NCBI RefSeq assembly: GCF_009914755.1
Contig: NC_060928.1
Source: the human T2T-CHM13v2.0 reference genome, Homo sapiens
Length of the DNA stretch: 64,000 nt
Direction: 5' to 3' (one strand)
The notes under the pieces are model-generated. The model was not told where the DNA came from and did not search any database. It worked only from the letters and a program-made list of their open reading frames with translations. Positions 1-20,701 of the stretch are shown here, piece by piece; the stretch's first letter is position 1, and the number at the start of each line of letters is the position of its first letter. Made by a program: the position numbers and the translations under genes.

Positions 1-370
1 CACAAGAACTGGATTCATAAAGACACCTGTTTCTGCTGCTGCTGCTGCTCTTGCTACACACAGATGCTGCTCCTTTCACCATTATCAGTGCTAGATACTG
101 GATGTTGTTGCTAGAACCACTGCTCCTTCTGAAAAGTCATTGCCACCATGGCTGCCCCCTGTCCCAGCATTGATTCCACAAAATTCCTACTTCTTTTGAT
201 TCACCCTTCAGGCTCAAAGTCCAATGCAAGAGAATTCTGATCGATAGAGCTGAGTTAACATGTCTATGCTCTGGGTATATGGGAGCCTGGGAAAGTGATT
301 TTTAAATTTCTATATTGGGTGGTACTCTTGGTACATCACGACTCATAGGATGGGAATTCTTCAAACATGG
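1..370. mobile_element. probable old MLT1 (MaLR) LTR fragment
   Basis: CAAAGTCC...GAGAATTCTGAT...GAGCTGAG resembles degenerate MLT1 LTRs. Confidence 0.4.
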
Positions 371-429
371 GAAATAACTCTCTATATTCCATAAAACCTG
401 TACAATGTCATAATAAAAATGATGTACTT

Positions 430-1600
<1,171 letters not shown>

Positions 1601-1902
1601 ACCATAAGTCTCTTTTAATCTTAGATCCACCTACATTTCCCACTTCTTTTCATGTCATTTACTTGTTGAAGAAATGGGATATTCTTATGAATTTTCCACA
1701 TTTTAGATTTGGATGGTTGCATCTTCATGGTAGTTTAACATGTGCCTTTATTTCTTTTCCTGATTACTGGTAGTTGGTTCTAGATGTGGCTGCTTTTGTT
1801 TGTTGTTGATTTTTTTGGTTTTACCATAGTGCATCTTCGTGGAGATTTTTATTTATTTTTCCTAATTGCAATTGCAATTTGTAGGGTATATTATATTTGT
1901 AG

Positions 1903-6030
<4,128 letters not shown>

Positions 6031-6292
6031 CTAGCATCCTGATTGACATTAAATCAAATCTTGGTACTGGAAAGTAGCTTAATTGTTCAGATATGCCCTT
6101 GTATTAAGTTTTGTGAAGATTAGTGAGGATCTCTGCCATTATGAAAATAAAGATCCACTGAAGAGTAATGGAATAAGCTCTGCTTATCCACGCTAGCATC
6201 CCAACAGACATCTCATTTTAACAGTCCTCATCTTATAAAAGTGAGATTACAGATTAACATGTTAACCAAAGAAATTACTAAGGTGTTTTGTT

Positions 6293-6526
6293 AGGATAAC
6301 ATCACACAGAATTTGGTCTGAACAATGCAAAAGGCAAATACGATGTATAAAAACATATACAAACCGAGCATTTGTTATAGGTACTTTAGAATTAATTTCT
6401 ATCCTCTTCCCGAGGATAACATCACACAGAATTTGGTCTAAACAATGTAAAAGGCAAATACGATGTAAAAAACATACACAGAGTATTTGTTATAGGTACT
6501 TTAGAATTCATTTCTATCCCCTCCCC
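6293..6526. repeat. about 120-bp tandem duplication (2 copies)
   Basis: AGGATAACATCACACAGAATTTGGTCT...TTTCTATCC begins at 6293 and at 6413. Confidence 0.92.
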
Positions 6527-6832
6527 AATAAACTTGTCCAATTACTTTGTTCTAAATTAATCCTTGGGAACGAGATCTTGATAGTAGCTTCAGTTCATCC
6601 AACCTAGGACACTTAGCCTTAGAGTATCTGTTCAAATTTGCATCAGTTGGTGAACTGATAGACCCTGAAATCTGAATTAAATCTAGAGTTCAAAGCCCCT
6701 GCAAGAAAAACCAATTCTCACTCCCCCTTCAATTCTTTGCAAAACATCTCAATCATCTCTAGATGTAGTGTATTTTTTCTCAGTCATACATATCAAGACT
6801 TGATTAAAAGTTTGGATTTTGTTTAAAAAGGC

Positions 6833-6838
6833 TTTATT
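6833..6838 (-). terminator. HNRNPDL: distal polyadenylation signal AATAAA
   Basis: tttatt on plus at the end of the repeat-free 3' region. Confidence 0.55.
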
Positions 6839-7375
6839 CATTTTTTGATCAGGGAAAAGGACAATCTCAATGTCAACTCGTCACCTAATCATAAATTTGA
6901 ACTTACAGGATTCACTACCCTAGACACCGCACCTACTGACAACACAACTTAAAAATGAACTTACTTCCATTCCCTAAAGTTGCATGTTGAATGAACAGAA
7001 TCCCTTCTAACAGCCAACATTGGTACTTGGCCTAAGTTTAAGAATAGCAAAACAGCAGCAAAAAAGAGGCCAAGAGCATTATAATGTGATAGCCCAGGAA
7101 GTAGAATCATTGTTAAGAAAGTTGCAGGCACCAAATTAAAAAAAAAAAGGGAGGGCTCATGAGCATAAGAAACTTACCAGTTTTGTGAGATCACCCGTTG
7201 TGTGAGATCAACTACTCTGCCTGTGAACACGTATGCCAATCCCAGTAAATAACACTGAGGCCAAGGTCCCAAAATCCAACTACACTGAATGCAAAATCCA
7301 AAGCTTATTATTATTCCAGGTCCTCTGAAACCTGGATATAAAACGGATTCTTTTCAATGCACCCAGAGGGTCCAC

Positions 7376-7432
7376 TGTAATGACTCAGTCACATTTGTAA
7401 TGACTTAGTCACATTTGTAATGACTTTGTCAT
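7376..7432. repeat. 20-bp tandem repeat, about 3 copies
   Basis: TGTAATGACTCAGTCACATT / TGTAATGACTTAGTCACATT / TGTAATGACTTTGTCAT. Confidence 0.92.
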
Positions 7433-8252
7433 AACCAAGATACCTTTTCCACTATTCCTTTCTGAATATGTAAATATTTAACTACTTAGTTCATGCACTG
7501 TGTCAAAAACTAGATTTACTATCAAGACTTTTTCTAAACTCACAGAGCATTAACAGCTAATACAACTTCCTCAGGATGCCCAAACAGAAAACATTTTGTT
7601 CAATCTTGTGGCGGCTCTGAGAAAACACAACTAAATCTTATTTTGCCACTATTTTAATTTTTCGACCAAACTCATACCTTTCTACCAAAATCCTTGAGTT
7701 GTAACTACTTCCAATGCTCTTAAACCATAGCTCCTACCAGTTTTACAGTGCTCCTTTTGTATCTGAACTTTTATCAAGAATTACTCATTGTGTTATGATT
7801 ACAAAGCTTTTTCTAGGTGACCACTGATTAAAGCCAAAGTAATCAGCAATTCAAAAATGGCTTTCCAGAGACAGGAACAAAGTAAAAGGAGCTACTAACA
7901 ATTTTATTACAATCCAGAAGAAATATGGTCTACTAGAAAGCTTCTACTAATCACAACACTTATGTCTTCCTTTCAGGACAGTCTTCAGATAACCAGAAGG
8001 GAAAGAACATTGTTCAAAGGTGTGGTAGAAATCTCAGTTACAGGGAGAAGATGAAGCCTTAAGAGCATAAAATACACCTACAAATTGGAGAAGAGGGTGA
8101 CGCTGGCTGGCTATTTATAAAGGACCACAGTTTCTCTGTATGGACCAATACTCTACAAAATCAACTGTGCCTTAATTATTGCTTATTTTAAATTACATTT
8201 TTTACAGAGCTATGTAGTACCTGACGCAGAAAAGCAATCACATAAGGAAGCA

Positions 8253-8258
8253 TTTATT
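8253..8258 (-). terminator. HNRNPDL: proximal polyadenylation signal AATAAA
   Basis: tttatt on plus, with T/GT-rich sequence downstream on minus. Confidence 0.75.
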
Positions 8259-9172
8259 TGAGGTTTAACATGAAATGATACAAATAAAATGTGTATAAAC
8301 AAATCCACATTGAGTCATAACACAGATAGCAAAGGACAAAGTAAAAACAAAGAAAACTAATTGGCAGCTATATACAGTTGGACACAATGGTGTCTTGTAC
8401 ACTAGAAAGTCTTTTACAAAATAATCATCTTAGATCAACAGAAGACCAATCTTCAATGTCGTCCTGCAAGATGGGTTACTTTAACATCTCCTCCTAAAAA
8501 CAAAAACAAAATACCAGTTAGATTTGTGCAACTCTGACAAGCTTTTAAAGGTCCACTTTCATGAATTGTTTTAAGTCCTCACTTTATTTTCTTCAATAAT
8601 TAAAGATCATATGCATATTTATTGGTAAAATACAGTTTGGGTAGTCAATAAACTCACCCTGGAGTTCCCAAATGACATTAAATTCAAATCTATTCAGGAA
8701 AGAATCTGGGAATACAACCTTCCCATATTCAGAGGTTCAACTATGCTAGATTAAGGTCTACTAGAAGCATCTCTAGTAACCCAAGTAAAATGCTATCACA
8801 AACACCAATTTCTAATAAGTTTATTACAAGAACATAAATTGATCTGTGCATATGATCTTTAATTTATATCCCAGATTTAAAAGTTCTTGTTTTGGTTTGT
8901 AGATTTCACTATTAGCTATAAAAAGAAAAAGCAAGCATTAAATCTTAAAAGAATGAACACTTAAAATGAGGCTCCACAATTGAAATACAACACTAAACAG
9001 AAGACCAAAATGATTAAGCTGTAAAAAGGCATTTATGTACTTTAACTCCTGTAAAAAACCATTTAAGTTAAGTTTAGACACTTAATCTCCAAAAAGATTA
9101 AAAATGAAGCCAAAGTCTGAAGTTTTCCACTTTAATCTTTACGCTGGTACATGAAGTTGGAAGAGACCATAC

Positions 9173-9277
9173 CACAGGACAGCGTTTTCTGGTGTATGCC
9201 TTGCGCTCTGCCCGCAACGTGCGACCCCCAGAGATAGACGTGGTCAGGGTGACACACGGCCTGCAATGAAGTTCCCG
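9173..9277 (-). other. HNRNPDL: 3'UTR cassette 'poison' exon (exon 8), NMD-inducing
   Basis: GC/CpG-rich 105-nt island in an AT-rich intron, bounded by ccag|CGGGAACTTCATTGCAG and GTG|gtatgg; start matches the paralogous HNRNPD 3'UTR exon as I recall it. Confidence 0.88.
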
Positions 9278-9668
9278 CTGGCGGGTACAAACAAGGTATA
9301 ATGTCAGAGTTAGAAGACAACATTCTTGTTTTCCTTAAGTTGTACCCATTTCAGTACTTTACCTGTTAATAGTTCTAAAATGTTTAATTATTCCTCTAGA
9401 CCACCTGGTACACAAAAGCAAACAGAAAAACTCTTAAGTTTTTCTGCAATACTAAAGAAAGTGAGATAAGACTTTAAAGTTAAAGATCTATAGACACTTT
9501 AGGCAAAACAGGCTCATAAAGCAATTAAAAAATCAACAATTTAGTAAAAACAGGCTACATAGTATTTTGTTTTTACGTTTCATTTGTCTATTGATCTTTA
9601 AATTAAATTAGACATTTCTACTGTTTTCCTGTACTCTTATACACACCTGTTTTCTCCAATGTTCTCCT

Positions 9669-9761
<93 letters not shown>

Positions 9762-10061
9762 TCATTAAGATAGTTTTCTACAAAACTTTCTTTACAAACA
9801 CAAACTATTAAATCTACAAATCTTTGCATGCTAAATAAAAAGTATTAAGATATTTTAGCACCCATTAGATGCTACTCATAAATCATACATCCTAGTTCAT
9901 TTATAACCACCAGTCTATGTTAGTATAATCATCCTATGATTGTAACATGCCTCAAACACTTAACTCCGAACACTTTAATGGAAAGCCCATACACACAATT
10001 TCAGAACAGGATTGTATGTTAACAATGAATTTTAATACCACTGCTTTATAAAATTAAGTTA

Positions 10062-10265
<204 letters not shown>

Positions 10266-10791
10266 TTAGGAAACAACTTCTGACCCCCAATTCTAACATA
10301 AAATGATGCGTTCTTGTCTCTCACTCTGCAAATCTTAAAGGGCAGAATGGACATATATATTGCTATCTGCTTGAAAAACTATTTTTCCAGCTGTTATAAA
10401 AAAGGAGGCAGAAAGTCCAATTGTGCCAGTATCAAACTTCCTAAACTTAATGGAAAATCATTCAATTTTCCATTAAAGCCGAAGACAGGTACACTGTTCT
10501 GTTTAAAACAAGGACTCCTGCCCAAGAAAACCTATCACACCACGGTGTATCATGTAATGGTACACTTTTCCTATCAGTGATGACACTAATTGTCAAAGTG
10601 GCCACACTTTTAACAGTTTTTTGAAACCAGTGAGCTCACAACAAAAAACCACCACACACAACCTCCACTAAGCTGAACAGTCCCCCCTCCGCTGGAATGG
10701 TTTTAAGTTTAAAGTTTTGCTTTGGTACAGGACTACTCATATTCAGCAGTATACAGCTTAAATAAACCACGGAGTCATATTTCAAGAATTA

Positions 10792-10914
<123 letters not shown>

Positions 10915-11018
10915 CTATAAACAAAAAACATGAAAGTATAATTTTTACCGAAGTTCTAAAATTAAATCATTTTATTTTTCTCCACATCAAGAAATTATTT
11001 CAATTATTTAAATTTTCA

Positions 11019-11246
<228 letters not shown>

Positions 11247-11601
11247 TCAGGCTTCAACTTAAACATGTTATTCTTATCGGGTGACTTCTATACAGACATC
11301 ACTGCTTTATGATCAACATCAGCCTACAGTGATTTGTTGTATATTTGAAGCACTGAGAGAAATTAATATTATTTTGTACCCAAAGATGCCACTAGTTAAC
11401 AAGTCCAAACACTGACCACATTTAAGTGCCCATGTTTTAGCTAAATTAGATAGTTGGGTTTCCATCAGAGCAGCAATGAAATCAAGGTACAGTCACTGGA
11501 AGCGACTTGAGCAGTCATTTAATTCTACTCTTACAGGAAACATGAATCTGCCCTGCATAAATCGGACAAGGATTGAACATTTTATAAACACATCAAGCTT
11601 A

Positions 11602-11787
<186 letters not shown>

Positions 11788-11807
11788 CTACAAGACAGAT
11801 TTATTTA

Positions 11808-12152
<345 letters not shown>

Positions 12153-12791
12153 CTAAGTGTAGGCAATTTAATTCATGTTTACATTTAATCTATGTCACAC
12201 AAAAATCCCAATATCCCAACGAAGTTACTCAAACCAGCGGACAGCTCACTGTCCGCACTACATAAAGCAAAGCTCAAAAGAGACCAATAAAATACAGTAA
12301 AGGTTCTGCCCAGATTCCTTTAGGTAGAAGGCACAACTTCCTAGATGAATCCCTCACATCTTATCTTACTTAGGTCCATCTTCGTTCTCAGCTGTCAAGC
12401 CAACGTTCCACCCAGAGAACTCATCAATCATAACACGTTTTGTGAATCTGGGTACCAGTCGCCTGCTTGTGCCCCAACTCAGTCCTCTAAAACTCTTCCC
12501 AGGAAAACCGCGCAGAGTGGTAACAGAGACACAATGAAGAGGCGGCGGCAGCTGCAGCGTGCAGCGCTGGGAGGCCGGCCCCTCCCCCCCGGGTCCCACG
12601 CGGCGCCTGCGCGCTCGGGACACAGACGCCGCCGCCCTCCTCCTCCAACCCCTCCGCCCTTCCCCCACTCTTCCCGGGTCTCTCCAGTCACCCCCTCGAT
12701 CTCTTACTTTCCTCTTCCCTCCAATCTAGTGGGGCCCAGAAGGCACGCGGGGAATCGACTCTGAGAAAGAATGGGGGCAGCGCGCGGCTCA

Positions 12792-13400
<609 letters not shown>

Positions 13401-14116
13401 TCAGCAGTTCCGAGCAGAGCCGACGCAGGGCCACAGTCCCTCTTGCCTTGGGAGCCTTTGTCTCTGGCGTCCGGTCCAGCCCACTCCTACCAAAAAGCCG
13501 TCAACCCCGCCTTTTTCTGCCCTCGGTTCGCCAGTGCGGAGCCGCTGCGGCGGCCGCTGCTACCGACTAGCACCGCGGCCAGTCTGCTCCGGAAAAAGGC
13601 GGACTGCGCCCGGCGCTGGCGACTGAGGCGGCGAGCGCGCTCGCCCGCCGCGCGCACGCGTGTTTTGTCCTCGAGCTGGCAGGAACCAGCCGAACAGGAA
13701 GCGGGCGCGCGACGGCTCCTCCGGGCAGCGCAGCGCGGGCGCCTCTTCCACTGTGACCACGGGCGCGCGGGCCAAGGGGGCGCGGCGGGGCCTCCCGGGC
13801 TGATCGGCCGAAGCCCGGGCCCCGCGCGGCCTCTGGCGGGCTGACGCCGGGAGGAGGGGCGGGGGCTGGCCAGATGACTGTATCTATGCAAAGGCGGAGG
13901 CGGTGGGCGGGGAGGGGGCTGGATTCAGTAGAGGGCAAGGGGCACTCACATCCCCGGCGCGCCACTCGCGGGGCTCCTTTCTGCACGTGCCCCGGGCCTC
14001 TCCCGCTCGCTCAACCTGTCTGCGGAGGGCGCGCTCTCGCGCACCCTGCTCCCGCGTTCGCTTCTTTGTTCCCGCCCACGCGAGGCCCATTTTGACGGAT
14101 CCAGTTCGAGGCCTGA

Positions 14117-14614
<498 letters not shown>

Positions 14615-15907
14615 TAGGAGAGGCGGTGTGGCTTTGCCTCTTGTGTGGAATGGGGAGGAAGGAGAGAAAGCCTGCGGTGGGTTGCGGGGATGCTTTTCCT
14701 CGCGACACTAGCTTCTCCCTCCCCCGCCCTTGCGCTTGGTTGGATCCAGATGGGTGGGAAGGGATGGAAGTTGACGCTAAAAATCACCGAAGGGCAGGTA
14801 AGCCGGGGCGGGGTGTGACGGTGCGGGCCTCGCCACCCGGCAGGTGTGCACCCGGTCGCTTCCGCAGGTGAGCGCAGCCTTTCTGCTCCGTCGGGCCTGG
14901 TGTGGCAGCGGCAGCGATTTAATGGTCCTTAAAGCTTCCGATCTCAAAATGGAAAGACTGAAGTGTCAAGATGACTTTTCAGGTGGCCCTGGTGTCGGGC
15001 AATCAAGGTTCCTCTTCGCCCCTTCCCACTCTTGCTGTTAGTGGCCAAACTGCACAGTGTATTATTTTACTCTGTTAGGCGCTGTGGTCCATAGCGCTGA
15101 TTTTTTGAGCTATAGGACACGTCTAGATTCCGTTCACTTTCCTCAGAAAACCACAGAAGCTTGAAGCTCTTATCCAGAGCATTCCTTCTAGGATGTCACT
15201 GTGAACCAGCACTTGTCTGCACCTCAGCTTGCAACTTAGCGGATTCCTTCTTTATTCTTTGTCTGTTAGAATAAGCAAATATGAAATGTTACTTTAATTT
15301 TTGAAAGAATTCCTCGGGCCTTGTCTTTTTATTTGGCTCCCTGAGGTTTAAGAATTCATTGCAGATACAAGTACTTCTTAGAGGTGCTTGCATGCACAAT
15401 AATAGTCGAGATATACAAAGTATATTACCAAGTAGGAAAAATCCATCTTCCAAGAAACTGAGCAGCTTGGGTTTTAAATTCTATTTTAGTTTCCATTTTT
15501 AAAAAAAATTATCTGTGAATAAGGCTTTTTTTTTTTTTTCTTTGAGAGTCTCACTCTGTTCCCAGGCTGGAGTGGAGTGGAGTGGTGCAATCACAGCTCA
15601 CTGCAGCCTCTACCTCCTTGGGCTTAAGGCATCCTCCTGCCCCAGCCTCTCGAGTAGTTGGGACTGAAGGGAGAGCCACCATGCCTGGCTAATTTTTGTA
15701 TTTTTTGTAGAGACGGGGTTTCGCCATATTGCCCAGGCTAGTCTGGAATTCTTGGCCTCCCAAAGTGCTGAGATTACAGGCATGAGCCAAGGCGCCTGGC
15801 CTGAATGAGTTTCTTGATGTAGGTTATAATATAAAATCCATGTACACTTTTAGGACACCAAACATAACAACCTTTAAAATTCTTTTAGAAGAATCACAGT
15901 ACCTTGA

Positions 15908-16377
<470 letters not shown>

Positions 16378-17871
16378 TAGCTGAGATTACAGACGCGCAC
16401 CACCACGCCCGGCTAATTTTTGTATTTTTAGTTGACCAGGCTGGTCTGACCTCAGGTAATCCTCCCGTGTCGGCCTCCCAAAGTGCTGGGATTATAGGCG
16501 CGAGCCACCGCGCCTGACCTTCCCCCACGTTTTTAATCACACCAGAGACCTCTGCGGAAAATTTCAGGACAAATACTGATGATTGATTAATTTCCTTTTT
16601 TTTTGGATTGTGACAGAGTAACCGCTTTCTTGGTTTTCAGAGAAAAAAGGAGTCCTCATTTTTGTAATTTATAGTTAACAGCTCACTCGTTCCACTCTGG
16701 CTCTCTCTTGCTTTCTGCGGTCATCAGGAGACCAAGGATAAGGACAGGAGAGGTAGTGATGTGGCATTAGATCATTAGATACTACCGTTTTCTGAAGGTA
16801 GATTTGGGGAGTAAGAAACCTCATACAAAATCAATTTTGCAACAAAACATAATACCCCTCCCCCACCTTTTTCCCCAAGTGTGTCTTCTGCTAGATGACA
16901 TTATGAGCCACTTCTTGGAATCTTTGTGTCTGTGGCAGACTTATTCTGAAATCCAAAAATAAAAATGTCTTAGTTGCCTAAATAAATTTTTCTGAATTTG
17001 ACGCTAGGCAATGTGCAATTTCAATGCAGGCTGCAAAAGAATGATTTAGGGATCTTGTTTAAAGGATAATTTCTTGTGCCCTGTCCTATAATAATATCTA
17101 TTGTTATTAATATTGTTAATCTATTATAATCTAATCTATTATTATAATTTGTTAGACATGAATTTATCAAAACCATTTTTCCTAAAAGTATGTTTAAAAG
17201 AAAGTTAGGTCTGTGTGGATGTTTATGGTAATTATGTAAAAAAGGATTCCATTAAATGCACTTTTGGGAAATGCTAGTTAGAATGAGTTCAAATAGATTT
17301 CTTTATTGCAAGACTTCTCAGAACCTTCGGTATCATACATATATATACACACATACACACTTTGTGAGATTTCAAGAGAGTGACATTTCACAAATCTACT
17401 TGAACAAAAAACTTTTAGTAGAGTATCTCAGTGACTAATCTTTTAAACACCTTTTAAAGAGATGCTGAGTTACATTCTTGAATCTGAGCACGGAAAGGTT
17501 GAGCATGGGAGTTGAAAGATAATCTGCTTGGAGCTTTAAAGTCAGAGTAGGTGTGTGAACTTGTAGCCCTTCCTTCTGTGGAATGATGGAAGGAAACATT
17601 GAGTACTGTATACGTGCAGTACTCAATCCTTGACTCATTCTAAAAGACCATGAGGTGTATGTACTGTCTACACTTTACTTAGGATGAAACAAAGCCTCTG
17701 AAAAGTTGAACAAGATGCCTGGGATTTGAACTCAGATTGTCTTATTCATAAAAACTCTTATTTTTTCCATTACTGCACTCAGCCTTGGAAATGGGATGCT
17801 ACTGTTTGTCCTGTCTCCTTTGCTTGGTGGTTGTGTATGTTAAATGACACAGTTAGTATGAGAGTTCTTTA

Positions 17872-18214
<343 letters not shown>

Positions 18215-18239
18215 TCAGGAAGCTGAGGCAGAAGAATCA

Positions 18240-18551
<312 letters not shown>

Positions 18552-18633
18552 TTATAGCATGTCTTTGTGTCTTGCCTGAGGATCATCAAAATTTGTTGGG
18601 AGTAGAGCTGCAGCAGAGCCCAGTTTTCCTTAG

Positions 18634-19065
<432 letters not shown>

Positions 19066-20563
19066 TAAAGCATTTTTAGAAATAGTGAATTCATTCTTGA
19101 TTATTTAACAGTCCTCTTTATGTCCTCTTATAATGTATTTTAGAAGATAATAATTGGGGAGTGTTGCAGTTAACATCTTTCTTATGAAAACTGCTATATT
19201 AAATTATGGTCTTTTTAGGAAGAGAGCTTTAAAGTCTGATAGTTATCTCCCAACTTTGGTTAAACATCCATTTGATAAGTAGTATTACTTCTATTATTGC
19301 CAGCATTGAGAAGTGTAGGATGCGCACTCTGCCTGCACAATGAAACAGCTAGAAGACAGCCTACAAGGAATGGCACACTGGAAGCATTCTTCTACCTGTG
19401 CTATTTATTATTGACACCAGTAACTGTAATAGGGTCTCTTTCCCTATCTTCATTCAGTCTACGGATTTAGGCTTTTTCATCCGCAGGGATGGGCTACTAG
19501 GATATGCTTTGTTTATAAAGGTGGTGATGAAGGTTAAATAAGATGGAATTCAAAAGCCTTTGAAAATTACGAAGTCCTATAGAAACACTGATTATAATGC
19601 AGGAAGTGTCAGACTGGAGGAAATAGAAAGTGCTTATGAAGGAAGGATTGATAAGGAAAAGAGGGATCTTACATTTCCTGAAACCCACCATGCTCCCAGT
19701 TACGTCTACCATGGTTACTCCCAGTGACTTCTGCTCCTTATTGCCCTACCCAGAAATATGTTAAAAATAAGACGCAGGATATTGTTGATCTCTAAGAATT
19801 TGTGGAAGCACTGGAATGGCAGATAAGTAGTTGTTGATGGGTTGATAAACAACTGCCCCCCTCTCCCCAAACTTTTCTACTGCTTAGGGCAGTGTTTCCC
19901 AGCTACATTCATGGTAGTACGTGAGAGGATTTTTGTTGACTCAGCTTGAAACAAGGTGAGGAGTCTTTGGAGAATCACTGTCTTGCGTATATCAAGAGGT
20001 GGATGGAGGCTAGCCTTAGCCTTGGTGGCTCACACTTGTAATCCTAGCACTTTGGAAGGCCAAGGTGAGAGGATTGCTTGAACCTAGGAGTTCAAGACCA
20101 GCCTGCGCAATGTAGCATGACCTCGTCTCTACTAAAAATAAAAAAAGTTAGCCAGGTGTAGTGGCATGTGCCTGTGATCCCAGCTACTCAGGAGGCTGAG
20201 GTAGAAGGATCATTTGAGCCCAGGAGGTCAAGGCTGCAGTAAGCCATGATCGTGCCACTGCAGTCCAGCCTGGATGACAAAGCAAGACCCTGTCTCAAAA
20301 AAAAAAAAAAAAAATGGTGGATAGAAAGCACCTCTGGCCTCTGGGAGGAAGCTGTCCCACCTAGCTGGGAGGGACCTCACCTAGGATTCAGGAGACCTGG
20401 GCTGCCTACCACATGAGCCTTAGACAATCTGCTCACCCAGCCACCTGTTAGTTCCCTAAAGCTGGGACTGTCATGTTCATCCTGCTCTCACACAGAATAT
20501 GTCATCGTCGTCATCATCATCATCATCATCCTATCGTTGTTGGAACCCAAAGAATCTGCATTA

Positions 20564-20701
<138 letters not shown>

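Larger units (their letters stand above)
6815..8493 (-). other. HNRNPDL: terminal 3'UTR exon with tandem polyA signals (distal end approximate)
   Basis: T-rich tract + TAG acceptor (AG at 8495-8494); AATAAA on minus at 8258-8253 and 6838-6833; repeat-free. Transcripts could extend further left. Confidence 0.75.

Noticed and set aside
7376-7432. CRISPR-like array
   Set aside because: Units are directly adjacent with no unique spacers; eukaryotic context; no cas genes.
9212-9224. UCGCA-CGU-UGCGG triloop hairpin in the poison exon as a Roquin CDE
   Set aside because: Only 5 bp with an A-U closing pair, and it lacks the UC-YRY-GA core; too weak to claim.
9132-9323. 63-aa ORF overlapping the poison exon
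   Set aside because: It starts and ends in intronic sequence and lies downstream of the real stop; constraint is better explained by splicing regulation.
17085-17150. AT-rich quasi-repeat (TAATCTATTAT)
   Set aside because: Ordinary low-complexity sequence.
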